The notes beneath the pieces are model-generated. The model saw only the letters and a program-made list of their open reading frames with translations. It was not told the DNA's origin and did not search any database. A stretch of DNA of 64,000 bases, from positions 746,935 through 810,934 of the forward strand of contig OZ246407.1 in NCBI GenBank assembly GCA_965231025.1. Reading direction: 5' to 3'. This DNA comes from an uncultured Candidatus Peribacteria bacterium (GTDB lineage: Bacteria; Patescibacteriota; Gracilibacteria; UBA1369). A program made the position numbers and the translations under genes. Positions 23,964 to 35,267 of this stretch are shown piece by piece (the first letter of the stretch is position 1; every line of letters starts with the position of its first letter).

Positions 23964-26783
23964 CTATTGTACCGTGGTCTGGAACTGCTGATCCGCCCTG
24001 CCCCTCAAAATTTCCTCGGGGTTGGTAGTCACGATCTTGTCTTCCGTATACGAAGCGATAATCTGGATCGCCACGTGTTTAAGCCCCGCAAAGAAAAGTC
24101 CCTGCCCCACGCCGCTGTTCAGCAGCATGTACTTTTCGCCTTCGGTAAGGTTGAACGTTTTTGTCAGGACCTCGATCGCGGATGGCGCCTGTTTCAGAAG
24201 CAGCTGCATGGACGAGTTGGTCACCACCGGTTTGCCGTACGGACTCTTTACGAAATCTTCCACGTCCTGGGTGATGGTGGTGATCCCCAGATAGTATTTA
24301 CGGGCGCGTTTGACCAGACCAAACAGGAACTTCGCAGAATCGTCATACTGCATCATCGTCCAGGCCTCATCGATCACGAGCATACGTTTCTTGAGTTTGG
24401 TGCGAACGCGGTTCCAGATGTAGTTCAGGATAATGTACATGGCGGTGGGCCTCAAAGCATCCTCAAGATCGCGGATACTGAACACCATCAAACCTGAACT
24501 CAAATCGACGTTCGTCGGTTTGTTGAAAATGCCCGCGTACGTACCCTGGGTATATTTCTGCAGGCGCTGCGCCAGATTCTGGCCACCATCCATATTGCTT
24601 AAAATGTCATAAAGATCCTCCATCGTCGGAACGGGAATCTGGGAAGGATCGACGATATCCATCGTGATGCCCTTCACCGCGTAGACGTCATTCAACGCTT
24701 TATCCAGAATACCTTCCTCCAGAGGAGTGACTCCTCCAAGCATAATCTTTAAAAGTCCGTGAAGATTGATGATATTCGAACGGAGCAAATCTCCCGGCTG
24801 CACCTCTTCATCCTGCAACGGAGACGGCAGATCGAATGGATTAATGCGCCGGTCGGAAGTCAGCGACACTTTCAGATACGCCCCGCCCACCGTCTGGGCA
24901 AGCGCCTCATACTCATTTTCCGGATCGATCACGATAACATCCACGCCCACCATCAGCGAACGGAGGATTTCAAGTTTTACGCAGTAGGACTTTCCCGCAC
25001 CCGACTTGGCGAACACCACGGAATTGGCGTTTTCCAGGGAGAAACGGTCAAAGATAATCAAACTGTCGTTATGCCGGTTCAACCCGTACAAAATACCTTC
25101 ATTGGACGTCAGGTCGGAGGAACTGAACGGGAACGTCGAAGACAGCGGAGACGTATTCATGTTCCTGCTCACCTCAAGCTCATCAAGACAAAGCGGCAGC
25201 GATGAATTGAACCCGAGCTCCATTTGAAGTTCGGATTTTTTCGTCAGAATAAGTTTCCCTCCAAGGAGGCTTTCAAGCTGTTTGGAAATCTTTTCAAGTT
25301 TCTTTTCATCCTCACCGTAAATGGTGAAATAAAGCCCGAACTGGAAAAACTTTTCCTGACCGCGCTGAATCTGGGTACGAAGTTCCTCGGCATCCTCAAG
25401 GGCGGTTTCAAGCGCGGGATCACGGACAATCCCCTTCTCTTCGGCAATGCGGATGGAAGACTGCATCTGGGCAACCTTCTTCTTGAGCACGGCCATGATC
25501 GCGGCCGAATCGATCGGATAAATAAACTGGGAAATATCCATCGTCACGTCAAAATTGATGACCGGCGAAAGCCAGTTAGTATCAAGATAACGCGGATAGG
25601 AATGGACAAAAAAGGTCTGGGCAAACATACCCTCGATGCGCAACTTATTGTACTGAATCTCCATCGAGGAAGGAGAAATAAGATCGCGAATGGTGGTCAA
25701 GCCCCCCTGATACACTTTTTCGGCCTCAATAAGTTGTTGCCTTTCAGCCGAGGTCGCCTTGTCCGTCGCGGCCTTTTTCGCGGCTTCTGCGGGAGGCAAT
25801 GGTTTCGGGACCTCCGGTGCGCCAGCCGCCTTCCCAGCCTGTACGGCTTCGGCGGTTTTGGAAACCGCCTTCTTTCCAAAATCCAGGAAAGAAAACATTC
25901 CCTTCTTCACGGACTGGAGGGTTGCCTCCTTTTTGTCCGGAGTCGACGGTGTTGATGCAGGGACGGCCGAACCCTGTGACGGAGCGGCAGATTCAGTTTT
26001 AACCGGAACCGGAGTTTCCGCCATGGATTTCTTTTCTTCAACCTTTGTTTCCAGCAGGCCGGGAATCGATGTTGAGGTAATCTGAACAGAAGACTGTGGA
26101 ACCGGCTGAGCAACTGGCTGGGGTTGTGTCACAACCTTTGGGGATACTTCGACGGCAAGTGGTGTCTGCGGAGCAGGTACGGGCTGAGGGGCTGATACCG
26201 TTTCTTGAACCGCCGGACCCTGACGGGAAGATGCTATGAGTTTGGCAAAATCATCGTTTGGTGCAGACGAAGACGGAGCTGGCGCCGGTGCCTGCGGTTC
26301 CGGTGCCGGATTGGTTGTCACCGCAACAATGGGAGCTGTAGCTGGTGCCGGAAGAGGCGCTGCCTCTCCCGCTGCGGCAACTCCTGGCGCGGACAACGGC
26401 TTCGAGCTGGCCTTCTGAAGCCAAAGCGGCAGTGGAGCATCACCCTTCAGGGCCTCTCCAACTTCGGCCTGACTTGTGGGAGGTACGATTTTTTCAGCTG
26501 GCTGCTGTACCGGCTGGGAATTTGCGTCTTTGGAAGCTCCTGCAAAATCCCCGTGAACCGGATCATATCCCTGCTGAATGAGCGGGGCCCCCTTTTCCTC
26601 ATGAGTCTGAAGTCCCTGGACTTGCTGCAGCCAAGGCGGCAGTTGAGCCGATTGATCCACGGGCTGCGAAACGGCAGGAACCGTTGCAGGAGGCGGTGCC
26701 TGAACAACCGGAGCAGGCTGCGAAGTGGAGGCAGACTGACCCTGTTGAGTCGGATTCTGATTTTGTGCGTTTTCGTCGGCCAT
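23964..26783 (-). CDS. VirB4/TraC-like type IV secretion ATPase with a ~330-aa Pro/Ala/Gln-rich N-terminal extension
   Basis: Walker A VVFAKSGAGKSYCVK (about 24984-25010) and Walker B MLVIDEAWTMM (about 24351-24383). The preceding region is of the VirB4 N-domain type (IEGMFAQTFFVHSYPRYL..). The N-terminus is low complexity, with a duplicated LP(P/L)WLQ(Q/K) motif. Confidence 0.75.
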   Translation of the reverse strand: MADENAQNQNPTQQGQSASTSQPAPVVQAPPPATVPAVSQPVDQSAQLPPWLQQVQGLQTHEEKGAPLIQQGYDPVHGDFAGASKDANSQPVQQPAEKIVPPTSQAEVGEALKGDAPLPLWLQKASSKPLSAPGVAAAGEAAPLPAPATAPIVAVTTNPAPEPQAPAPAPSSSAPNDDFAKLIASSRQGPAVQETVSAPQPVPAPQTPLAVEVSPKVVTQPQPVAQPVPQSSVQITSTSIPGLLETKVEEKKSMAETPVPVKTESAAPSQGSAVPASTPSTPDKKEATLQSVKKGMFSFLDFGKKAVSKTAEAVQAGKAAGAPEVPKPLPPAEAAKKAATDKATSAERQQLIEAEKVYQGGLTTIRDLISPSSMEIQYNKLRIEGMFAQTFFVHSYPRYLDTNWLSPVINFDVTMDISQFIYPIDSAAIMAVLKKKVAQMQSSIRIAEEKGIVRDPALETALEDAEELRTQIQRGQEKFFQFGLYFTIYGEDEKKLEKISKQLESLLGGKLILTKKSELQMELGFNSSLPLCLDELEVSRNMNTSPLSSTFPFSSSDLTSNEGILYGLNRHNDSLIIFDRFSLENANSVVFAKSGAGKSYCVKLEILRSLMVGVDVIVIDPENEYEALAQTVGGAYLKVSLTSDRRINPFDLPSPLQDEEVQPGDLLRSNIINLHGLLKIMLGGVTPLEEGILDKALNDVYAVKGITMDIVDPSQIPVPTMEDLYDILSNMDGGQNLAQRLQKYTQGTYAGIFNKPTNVDLSSGLMVFSIRDLEDALRPTAMYIILNYIWNRVRTKLKKRMLVIDEAWTMMQYDDSAKFLFGLVKRARKYYLGITTITQDVEDFVKSPYGKPVVTNSSMQLLLKQAPSAIEVLTKTFNLTEGEKYMLLNSGVGQGLFFAGLKHVAIQIIASYTEDKIVTTNPEEILRGRADQQFQTTVQ

Positions 26784-26830
26784 GTTCAGGAAGTTTTTGT
26801 ATTGATCATTTCCGCTTTGAATTTCTTAAT

Positions 26831-26859
26831 AGTATACCAAAAAACAGCCTATTCTTCAA
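26831..26859 (-). promoter_or_regulatory. Extended -10 promoter of the VirB4-like gene
   Basis: On the minus strand, TTGAAG (26859-26854), a 17-nt spacer ending in TGg, then TATACT (26836-26831). Confidence 0.45.
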
Positions 26860-26960
26860 TAACCGTAAAGCAAAAAGTACTTATTGATACTGTATTTTTT
26901 ATCCAATTATGATAAAGTACGGTTCGGCAAGAATCCAAACCCCTATTTTTTGTTTTCCCT

Positions 26961-29528
26961 ATGGCCGAAAATCAAACTTCTCCCTCCAGCGACGAATCAA
27001 AGAAAAAAGAGGGCGAAACATCTTCCGAGATGTTCAGCGATCACACATTGCGCAACATTTCCGACGAAATGCAAAGCTCATATTTGGACTACGCGATGAG
27101 CGTCATCGTTTCACGCGCCCTCCCGGACGTCCGTGACGGACTCAAACCGGTACACCGCCGCATCCTCTACGCGATGCACGACATAGGACTCAAATCCACC
27201 GGAGCATTCCGAAAATCCGCCTACCTGGTCGGTGAAGTACTTGGTAAATACCACCCCCACGGCGACGCCCCGGTTTATGAATCCATGGTCCGTATGGCGC
27301 AGGATTTTGCCATGCGCTACACCCTGGTCAGAGGCCAGGGAAACTTTGGTTCCATCGACGGAGACAGCGCCGCGGCCATGCGTTATACCGAAGCCAAAAT
27401 GGAAAAAATCACCGAAGAAATGCTCGGCGACATTGAAAAAGAGACCGTAGCCTGGCAGCCAAACTACGACGGCCGCTTCCAGGAACCAAGAGTTCTTCCG
27501 ACAAAAATTCCCCAGCTGCTTTTAAACGGATCCCAGGGCATTGCCGTAGGTATGGCGACCTCGATCGCCCCCCACAACCTTACGGAAATCCTTGAAGGGA
27601 TCAACCATCTCATCCAGAACCCCGAAGCCACGGTGGAAGACTTGATGAAATATATCAAAGGACCGGACTTCCCTACCGGCGGAATGATTTACGACGTTAA
27701 TGCCATTAAACAGGCATACACCACAGGCCGCGGAGGCATCGTAATGCGCGCCAAAACCAGCATCGAAGAAAAAAAAGGCGGCCGTTTTGAAATCATCATC
27801 CACGAAATCCCGTACCAGGTGAACAAATCCAACCTGGTCACCAAAATCGCCGAACTCGTCCGCGACAAAAAAATCATCGGAATCACCGACGTCCGCGACG
27901 AATCGAACCGCGAAGGTATCCGCGTCGTGATCGAACTCAAAAAGGACGCTTATCCCAAGAAAATTCTCAACCAGTTGTTCAAAATGACCCAGATGCAGGA
28001 TACGTTCAACTTCAACATGATCGCTCTTGTTGACGGCTTGCAGCCAAGACTTCTGGACCTCAAACAGATTCTTGAATACTTCATCGCCCACCGCAAGGAG
28101 GTTGTGGTCAACCGCACCAAATTCGAACTCCGCATCGCCAAGGAACGCCTCCACATTTTGGAAGGCTTGAAGGTGGCCCTTGACCATATCGACGAAATAA
28201 TCGCCACCATCCGCAAATCCGACACAAAGGAAGAAGCGCATGCGGCATTGATGAAAAAGTTCAAACTCAGCGATCTCCAGTCCAAGGCCATTTTGGAAAT
28301 GAGACTGCAGACTCTTGCCGGTTTGGAACGCAAAAAAATCGAAGACGAATATGCCGAAAAAGTAAAACTGATCGCAGAACTGGAAGGCATTTTGAAAGAT
28401 GAAAAAAAGGTGATGAAGATCATTAAGGATGAACTGGCGGAAGTTAAAAAGAGCTATGCCGACGAACGCAAAACTGAGGTTCATCCTGAAGCATTGGGCC
28501 AGATCGGCATGAAGGACACCATCCCGAACGAACCAATGATCGTGATGCTCACCAGGGAAAACTATATCAAGCGCATGCCGCCTTCCACGTTCCGTGCTCA
28601 ACACAGAGGAGGTAAAGGCATCATCGGCGCGACCACCAAGGAGGAGGACGAAATCCGGATTGTTCTTCCAGCCAAGAATCACGATGAAGTCCTGTTCTTC
28701 ACCAACCTCGGCCGGGTATTCCGACTGCCGGTCTACGAAATTCCGCTCGGTTCCCGGACTTCAAAGGGTCAGGCCGTAGTGAACCTGCTCCAGCTCCAGG
28801 ACCGTGAAAATGTGACTTCAATCCTCGGAACCGGAGAACATCTGACCGGAGAGTACCTCTTCATGACGACCAACAAGGGTACGGTCAAAAAGACCCCCAT
28901 CGCCGACTTTAAGAACGTCCGCAAGAGCGGCCTTATCGCCATCAAACTCCGCGAGGGTGATATGCTCGAATGGGTACGCCAGACCAGCAAAGGCAATGAA
29001 ATCATGATTATCTGCCGCGAAGGCAAATCTATCCGCTTCAACGAAGCCGACGTGAACCCGACCGGCCGCGCATCCATGGGTGTCCGGGGTATCCGCCTCC
29101 ACGAAGGAGACGAAGTGGTGGACATGGATGTCATCAAGGACATCGATAAGGCGGAACTGCTCGTCATCATGGAAAACGGCCTGGGCAAGTGCACCAAAAC
29201 CACCGATTACCGCTTCCAGACGCGCGGCGGATCCGGAGTAAAGACCGCGAACATCACCGAAAAAACCGGTAAGATCGTCGGCGCCAAGATCATTAACGAA
29301 GACACCAAGGGAGACCTCATGATCATGTCCAAACATGGCGTCATCATCCGCATGAACCTCAAATCCATCCCGTCACAGGGACGTACAACTCAGGGGGTTT
29401 ACCTCATGAGAATGAGCGGAGACGACAAGGTCGCATCCACCACCGTCATCGAAAACGACGGAACGGAAGAAAAACCGGAAGAGGTCGATGAAAACCAGCA
29501 ACAGCTCGTTGCCGAAGGCAAAGCATAG
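26961..29528 (+). CDS. gyrA: DNA gyrase subunit A
   Basis: The sequence carries [32 protein letters not shown] and the catalytic Tyr region AAMRYTE, plus a C-terminal beta-pinwheel with a GyrA-box-like QHRGGKG. Confidence 0.97.
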   Translation: MAENQTSPSSDESKKKEGETSSEMFSDHTLRNISDEMQSSYLDYAMSVIVSRALPDVRDGLKPVHRRILYAMHDIGLKSTGAFRKSAYLVGEVLGKYHPHGDAPVYESMVRMAQDFAMRYTLVRGQGNFGSIDGDSAAAMRYTEAKMEKITEEMLGDIEKETVAWQPNYDGRFQEPRVLPTKIPQLLLNGSQGIAVGMATSIAPHNLTEILEGINHLIQNPEATVEDLMKYIKGPDFPTGGMIYDVNAIKQAYTTGRGGIVMRAKTSIEEKKGGRFEIIIHEIPYQVNKSNLVTKIAELVRDKKIIGITDVRDESNREGIRVVIELKKDAYPKKILNQLFKMTQMQDTFNFNMIALVDGLQPRLLDLKQILEYFIAHRKEVVVNRTKFELRIAKERLHILEGLKVALDHIDEIIATIRKSDTKEEAHAALMKKFKLSDLQSKAILEMRLQTLAGLERKKIEDEYAEKVKLIAELEGILKDEKKVMKIIKDELAEVKKSYADERKTEVHPEALGQIGMKDTIPNEPMIVMLTRENYIKRMPPSTFRAQHRGGKGIIGATTKEEDEIRIVLPAKNHDEVLFFTNLGRVFRLPVYEIPLGSRTSKGQAVVNLLQLQDRENVTSILGTGEHLTGEYLFMTTNKGTVKKTPIADFKNVRKSGLIAIKLREGDMLEWVRQTSKGNEIMIICREGKSIRFNEADVNPTGRASMGVRGIRLHEGDEVVDMDVIKDIDKAELLVIMENGLGKCTKTTDYRFQTRGGSGVKTANITEKTGKIVGAKIINEDTKGDLMIMSKHGVIIRMNLKSIPSQGRTTQGVYLMRMSGDDKVASTTVIENDGTEEKPEEVDENQQQLVAEGKA

Positions 29529-29587
29529 CAGACCTTGCCTTCAAAAAAGTTTTCTTGTATAGTCCAATAGCATTTTTTCCAATAACC

Positions 29588-29944
29588 ATGAAAAAAGACA
29601 TCCATCCAAAACTGTACCCGGCAATCTTCGTTGACCTGTCCACAGGTGCCGAATTCCTTTCATTCACCACCCGCAAAACGCAGGAGACCAAGAAAATCGG
29701 CGACACCGAATACAACATCGTGAAAGTGGAAATCACTTCCGACTCCCATCCGTTCTTCACCGGGAAACAGGTGATCCTGGACACCGCAGGACGCGTTGAT
29801 AAATTCCGCGAACGCGTGAAGAAAATGCAGGAACTCAAGGAAAAGAAAGTGAAGGCAGCGGAAAATCCTGAAGAAGCAGCTGAAGAAAGCGCCAAGAAGC
29901 CTGCCAAAAAAGCGTCGGCAAAAAAGACGGCCAAGAAGAAATAG
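29588..29944 (+). CDS. rpmE: 50S ribosomal protein L31 (Cys-less type B-like) with a Lys/Ala/Glu-rich C-terminal tail
   Basis: MKKDIHPKLYPAIFVDLSTGAEF...SDSHPFFTGKQVILDTAGRVDKF. Start placed at the ATG at 29588 rather than the track start at 29555. There is no CxxC pair. The ~40-aa tail reads KKVKAAENPEEAAEESAKKPAKKASAKKTAKKK. Confidence 0.85.
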   Translation: MKKDIHPKLYPAIFVDLSTGAEFLSFTTRKTQETKKIGDTEYNIVKVEITSDSHPFFTGKQVILDTAGRVDKFRERVKKMQELKEKKVKAAENPEEAAEESAKKPAKKASAKKTAKKK

Positions 29945-29974
29945 CTGCCGTTCGGAAAATTCATCGCGATAATC

Positions 29975-30003
29975 AAAACCTCCCCAAACGGGAGGTTTTT
30001 TGT
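29975..30003. terminator. Bidirectional intrinsic terminator between rpmE and the 1245-aa gene
   Basis: The sequence aaaacctccc-caaac-gggaggtttttt has an A-run on one side and a T-run on the other. Confidence 0.65.
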
Positions 30004-33000
30004 TACGCAGCTGCCCCGGCAGGAGCAGTTCCAATCCACTTTTTGTCCTTTGGATCAAGAACTCCGATGACCGTAAACGTACCGTTATTATTATCCCGGA
30101 GATTGAATACGGACCGGTCGATGGACTCAGCCAGTTTCTTATCCACCAAAGTGAAATATGCCTCCTCGAATCTCCCCTTCTGAACGTACTCCGCCACTTT
30201 CGCCCGATGTCCAAGTTTTAAACCATCAGCCATTCCATGAAATAAACCTTTGACCTGATCACCGATTTCCTGCCTCGCAGCCTGATCAAAAGCCTTTTTC
30301 CCGGCCTCCCTCATCTCCGCCTCCGTTGCCTGCGGACCAAGCTTTTGGGTCTCACGAATCACGGCTTTCCTTCCTTGCTCTTCAATCTTCGTTTTTAAGT
30401 CACGCAACTGTTCCGCCGACAGAACATCAGCAAGGTCCTGGGGCACAGATTTTTTAACCCCTTCCTGGCTTATTGTTTTGGCCATTTTTGCCGTCTCGAT
30501 CGAGGCGACATTACCGGAATCCGCCGGTTTTACAGGAGGAACATTTTTCGCCCCTGCAGCCGCAACGGCCTCCTCAGCCTCTTTTGCCCGGCGTTCACCC
30601 ATCGCCATAACGTCCTCCTTCTGTTCCGGCTTTTTAACCACCTGCCCTTTTTCAGCATTTTTCGCAAAAACTCCACGCATTTCTGCCTCCACTGCAGCAA
30701 CACCAACTTCTTCCGCTTTTACGGCAATGCGTGAATCTATGTCCAAAATACGGGCAGAACATGTCTGTCTCATGGCAAGAGATGATGCCATCATAAACTC
30801 CTCAGAATCAGCCTTAACCTCGATTCCCGAATCTTTAATAATTTTGTCCCGAGCCTCATCAACAGATTTTTTGAGTTGACCGTCGGGGAGTTTCTTGTAA
30901 CCTTCAAAAACCATTTCCACCTGCTCCTTGGGTTCAAGCGCACGCCCTTTGGCCGCAACACCCTCGCTGTATTTCTTTAAAAACTCCTCAATCTGGGCTC
31001 TTTCTTCCTTCAGAACATCCAGTTCGGCCTGTAATTTAGCCGCCTGCTCCTTACTCAAAGCGACCACCTCTTTGGCTTTCGCCCGTTCCTCCTTGATGCG
31101 TGCGACATTAACCGGCATTTCACGATCCATGGAATGCAAAGAAGAAAACTGTTCTTCAAAAGACCGCAACTGTTCAGGTGTGGCATTCCTCAAATTGTCC
31201 TTGTACTTCGAATAAAAATCCTTCCACTCCATCCTGCGGCTGTCGTAGGCCATTTTAGCCGAAACAAGCGCATCGGGTTCAAGTTCCTTAAACCCGGCAT
31301 ATAAATCCTTAACCGCTCCGAACTGCGTCCCCAGGGATTTTGGAAACTGTTCCTGGAAACTCTTAAAAAATTCAACAAGTTCAGGATCCTTGAACATCGG
31401 ATTATTTTCATTCTCCTTCATCACCTGCTGCCAAGGTTTCTCCTTCACATCCACAAAAAGCGCATCAACGGCTTTCGCATCATGCCCGTCGGCGATAAGC
31501 GTCGCCTTGGCTGACTGTTCAAGCTCCGCCAACGCGGCTTTACCCATGTACATATTCCCTGGAATACCTTTCACATAGCGTTTAAACAAACCAGTAAGAA
31601 ATTTTCCCGGAGTCTGAAGCGCTCGTAAAACCTCCATAGGATTATGCATATGCCACCAGGCTTTGGCGGCATCTTTCCCGACCGACTTCGCCATTCCCCC
31701 CCACAAAACCTCACCGTCCTTCACAAACCTCGCCTGGAGATAATAGGGACCGACAACCTGTTTTCCGGCCTTTAGTGCCGCTTCCACGGAAGCTTTCTCC
31801 GTCCCCGCCGCGATAATCCCCTTTTCCAACCCCTCCGCACCGGCCTGTCCCCATCTGCTGCTCAACCCGGCAAGCCTGCGATAGCCAAAACCCGCCAGCC
31901 CCGTTGTTTTTCTTGTGGCGATTTTCGCGGTCTGTTCGGCAAGTTTGGCGGCCTGTTTGGCTCCCAGTTCTTTCGCCGAGGCCTTGAGACTGTCATGAAC
32001 AAGCTCTTTGAGCACGCTCCTGGCAGCCGACCTTTCCGCAGCTGAAGCCCCAACTTTTGTTCCTTTGAAAATAATCTCTTTCTGCGCTTCAGTAAGTGCA
32101 ACAGCAACTTTTTTGGACGCTTCCTTGGCGGCACCCTCCACAACTGTTTCCGCAGCCTCCTTCCCCACCACCTCAGCAGCTTCCTTAGCCGCACCCTCGG
32201 CAACGGCATGTGCCCCAACCTCCCCTGCTTCCTTGGCGATAACTTTCCCTCCAACCTCAGCCCCTTCCTTGGCTGCGACCTTGACCACACCCTTTCCGCC
32301 GGCCTCCAGTGCGGCCTTTGCGGTAGCCTTGGCGGTAATTTCAGCACCGGCCTTCAAAGCGGCTTTTCCACCCGCCTTTGCGAGCGTACCCCCGACACCG
32401 AACGTAAAAACATCCAAAACGATTGAACCAACGCCGATCACCCCGCGTACCACTCTTTCGACAGTCCCCATTTGCCGGCCGGACAGCGTTTTCCCTCTAA
32501 TCGAAGCGAAAATGTCATAAACACCACCGGCGATCGGAACCAAACTGATTCCAAAATCCGCAACTTCAAGCGCGGTATCGGCAGTGCTGCTTTCACCTCC
32601 ACCCCCACCCTGATGGGCGGCGTGGTAATAACCAAGCCCAACCGCGAACTGTGGCATGATAAAAAATGGAACGGTCTTGAAGAACTTCTCAACCATTGTC
32701 GGGCACTTCTGACTCTCCAGAATCTTCACCAGCGACATGCTTCGGACACCTGCATTCTTATAATCGGTGTATTTGAGCCATTTTTGCGCCCCCTCGATCG
32801 CCGAATTCGCCTGATCCAAAAGTTTATTGGCCGCTTCAGCGGCAACCGTTCTTTCCTCGGGAGTCTTAGACGTGAGCACGTCTTCCTTAAAGGAATCAAA
32901 CTGCATATCCGCAGCCTGAAGCATCATCTCAACCTGTTTCCTGATCCCATCGTCTTTCGGAATTTTCATGTCGTCCATCTGTTTGAACAGTGTTGCCTTG

Positions 33001-33740
33001 GCTTCCGCATACCGTTTCTGCTTGATAAACATCGCCTGCTCGGCCAGGACATTCCGGTCGTTCAGATCTATAATCTGAAGATCATCCTGCCCGTTCACTG
33101 ACTTCAGCCGCGTTTCAAGCGCAGTCAAAACTTCAAAAAAAGTATCTCCCTGGGCAAGAACATCCTTAAGCTTCTCATGCTTTTGACCGACATCCTTCGT
33201 CTCGTAATACTCCTTGAATTTCGTGTTGAAAAAATCGGTATGGAACTCAATCGACGTCATAAAATATTGCAGCTCCGTACCCTCGACCTCGAGTTTTTTT
33301 GTTTTAATGAGAAGCTCCAGCTGCTGTTTTTTCGACTCATACTTCTCTTTAAACTTGGTCGCCTCGCGCCATTCCCCCAAAAGCTCCTGACGGATCTTCA
33401 GATCTGCCACCCCCTCTAATTTTGCGTCCCGGTCATCCTGTGCCTGTTCCTTCACCTCGGGGTTCAGCGTGGACTCCATGGACTTGAGAAGCGGTTCATA
33501 CTCCTTACGGAGACGCTGAATATTATTGGCGTCAACGAGCTTAAGATAATTATCAAGGCGTGTCAGATACTCCTCCTTCTGGTTATCAGACAACTGCGAC
33601 TCCATAATCGCGCTCTTTATCTTCGCTATGCGCTCAACATAAAGCTCGGCAACCTCTTTTTTCTCCGACCCTTCGTAAGATTCCGCGATCTTCTGTACGC
33701 GTTCCTGCTGTGCATTGAACTGTTTGTCATTCACCGCCAT
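30003..33740 (-). CDS. 1245-aa helical/coiled-coil protein with a central hydrophobic PT-TG-like core and an A/K/E-rich repeat array
   Basis: One uninterrupted ORF. Central region: FFIMPQFAVGLGYYHAA ... ISLVPIAGGVYDIFASIRGKTLSGRQMGTVERVVRGVIGVGSIVLDVFTFGVGG (about nt 32400-32700). There is no signal peptide and no enzymatic motif I recognise. Confidence 0.7.
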   Translation of the reverse strand: MAVNDKQFNAQQERVQKIAESYEGSEKKEVAELYVERIAKIKSAIMESQLSDNQKEEYLTRLDNYLKLVDANNIQRLRKEYEPLLKSMESTLNPEVKEQAQDDRDAKLEGVADLKIRQELLGEWREATKFKEKYESKKQQLELLIKTKKLEVEGTELQYFMTSIEFHTDFFNTKFKEYYETKDVGQKHEKLKDVLAQGDTFFEVLTALETRLKSVNGQDDLQIIDLNDRNVLAEQAMFIKQKRYAEAKATLFKQMDDMKIPKDDGIRKQVEMMLQAADMQFDSFKEDVLTSKTPEERTVAAEAANKLLDQANSAIEGAQKWLKYTDYKNAGVRSMSLVKILESQKCPTMVEKFFKTVPFFIMPQFAVGLGYYHAAHQGGGGGESSTADTALEVADFGISLVPIAGGVYDIFASIRGKTLSGRQMGTVERVVRGVIGVGSIVLDVFTFGVGGTLAKAGGKAALKAGAEITAKATAKAALEAGGKGVVKVAAKEGAEVGGKVIAKEAGEVGAHAVAEGAAKEAAEVVGKEAAETVVEGAAKEASKKVAVALTEAQKEIIFKGTKVGASAAERSAARSVLKELVHDSLKASAKELGAKQAAKLAEQTAKIATRKTTGLAGFGYRRLAGLSSRWGQAGAEGLEKGIIAAGTEKASVEAALKAGKQVVGPYYLQARFVKDGEVLWGGMAKSVGKDAAKAWWHMHNPMEVLRALQTPGKFLTGLFKRYVKGIPGNMYMGKAALAELEQSAKATLIADGHDAKAVDALFVDVKEKPWQQVMKENENNPMFKDPELVEFFKSFQEQFPKSLGTQFGAVKDLYAGFKELEPDALVSAKMAYDSRRMEWKDFYSKYKDNLRNATPEQLRSFEEQFSSLHSMDREMPVNVARIKEERAKAKEVVALSKEQAAKLQAELDVLKEERAQIEEFLKKYSEGVAAKGRALEPKEQVEMVFEGYKKLPDGQLKKSVDEARDKIIKDSGIEVKADSEEFMMASSLAMRQTCSARILDIDSRIAVKAEEVGVAAVEAEMRGVFAKNAEKGQVVKKPEQKEDVMAMGERRAKEAEEAVAAAGAKNVPPVKPADSGNVASIETAKMAKTISQEGVKKSVPQDLADVLSAEQLRDLKTKIEEQGRKAVIRETQKLGPQATEAEMREAGKKAFDQAARQEIGDQVKGLFHGMADGLKLGHRAKVAEYVQKGRFEEAYFTLVDKKLAESIDRSVFNLRDNNNGTFTVIGVLDPKDKKWIGTAPAGAAA
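31990..32420 (-). repeat. Degenerate coding repeat (about 11-12 aa Ala/Lys/Glu/Gly/Val units)
   Basis: The translation reads AKAGGKAALKAGAEITAKATAKAALEAGGKGVVKVAAKEGAEVGGKVIAKEAGEVGAHAVAEGAAKEAAEVVGKEAAETVVEGAAKEASKK. The GC-rich periodic DNA opens long ORFs in several frames here. Confidence 0.5.
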
Positions 33741-33756
33741 AGCGCCGAATAAATAA

Positions 33757-34011
33757 TTATGAACGTTTCTTCATATACTCCTGCTCCAGTGACTCAATCC
33801 CTTTCGCAAAATAGTACCCTCTGAATCCTTTCATCTTCTGCTTCAAAACATCGGTCAGCGCCTGTTTTTCATCCGAAAGAGCCTTAAAAAGCCGGGAGCG
33901 TTCATCTTCACCCAAATACGGAACATAACTCCTCCAGCGGAGCTTGGCCTGAAAATCCAGGGAAGGCGAAAAATCGATGAGTCCGACAAGTTGTTGGTTT
34001 GTGACCTCCAT
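33757..34011 (-). CDS. 84-aa hypothetical protein immediately upstream of the 1245-aa gene
   Basis: MEVTNQQLVGLIDFSPSLDFQAKLRWRSYVPYLGEDERSRLF... I prefer the ATG at 34011, because a TGgTATAAT extended -10 lies inside the longer track ORF (start 34053). A 16-nt gap separates it from the giant gene. Confidence 0.5.
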   Translation of the reverse strand: MEVTNQQLVGLIDFSPSLDFQAKLRWRSYVPYLGEDERSRLFKALSDEKQALTDVLKQKMKGFRGYYFAKGIESLEQEYMKKRS

Positions 34012-34020
34012 AACGCTTAA

Positions 34021-35253
<1,233 letters not shown>

Positions 35254-35267
35254 TATAATCACCCCGT

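Noticed and set aside
26884-26913. Candidate gyrA promoter TTGATA-18-TATGAT.
   Set aside because: The spacer is long and alternative alignments are equally weak, so I did not list it as a feature.
27522-28682. Very long antisense ORFs opposite well-supported genes. Examples: 386 aa opposite gyrA, 356 aa opposite pyrG (59017-60087), 332 aa opposite GT4/radA (6193-7191), 293 aa opposite trpS (57387-58268), 290 aa opposite the TPR gene (44479-45351), 276 aa opposite priA (54485-55315), 258 aa opposite secDF (49586-50362) and 257 aa opposite tgt (34462-35235).
   Set aside because: Their translations are Phe/Val/Gly/Asp/His-rich with no motifs. Each lies fully inside a gene with unmistakable family signatures on the other strand. 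They are best explained by codon bias that disfavours TTA/CTA/TCA in the sense frame.
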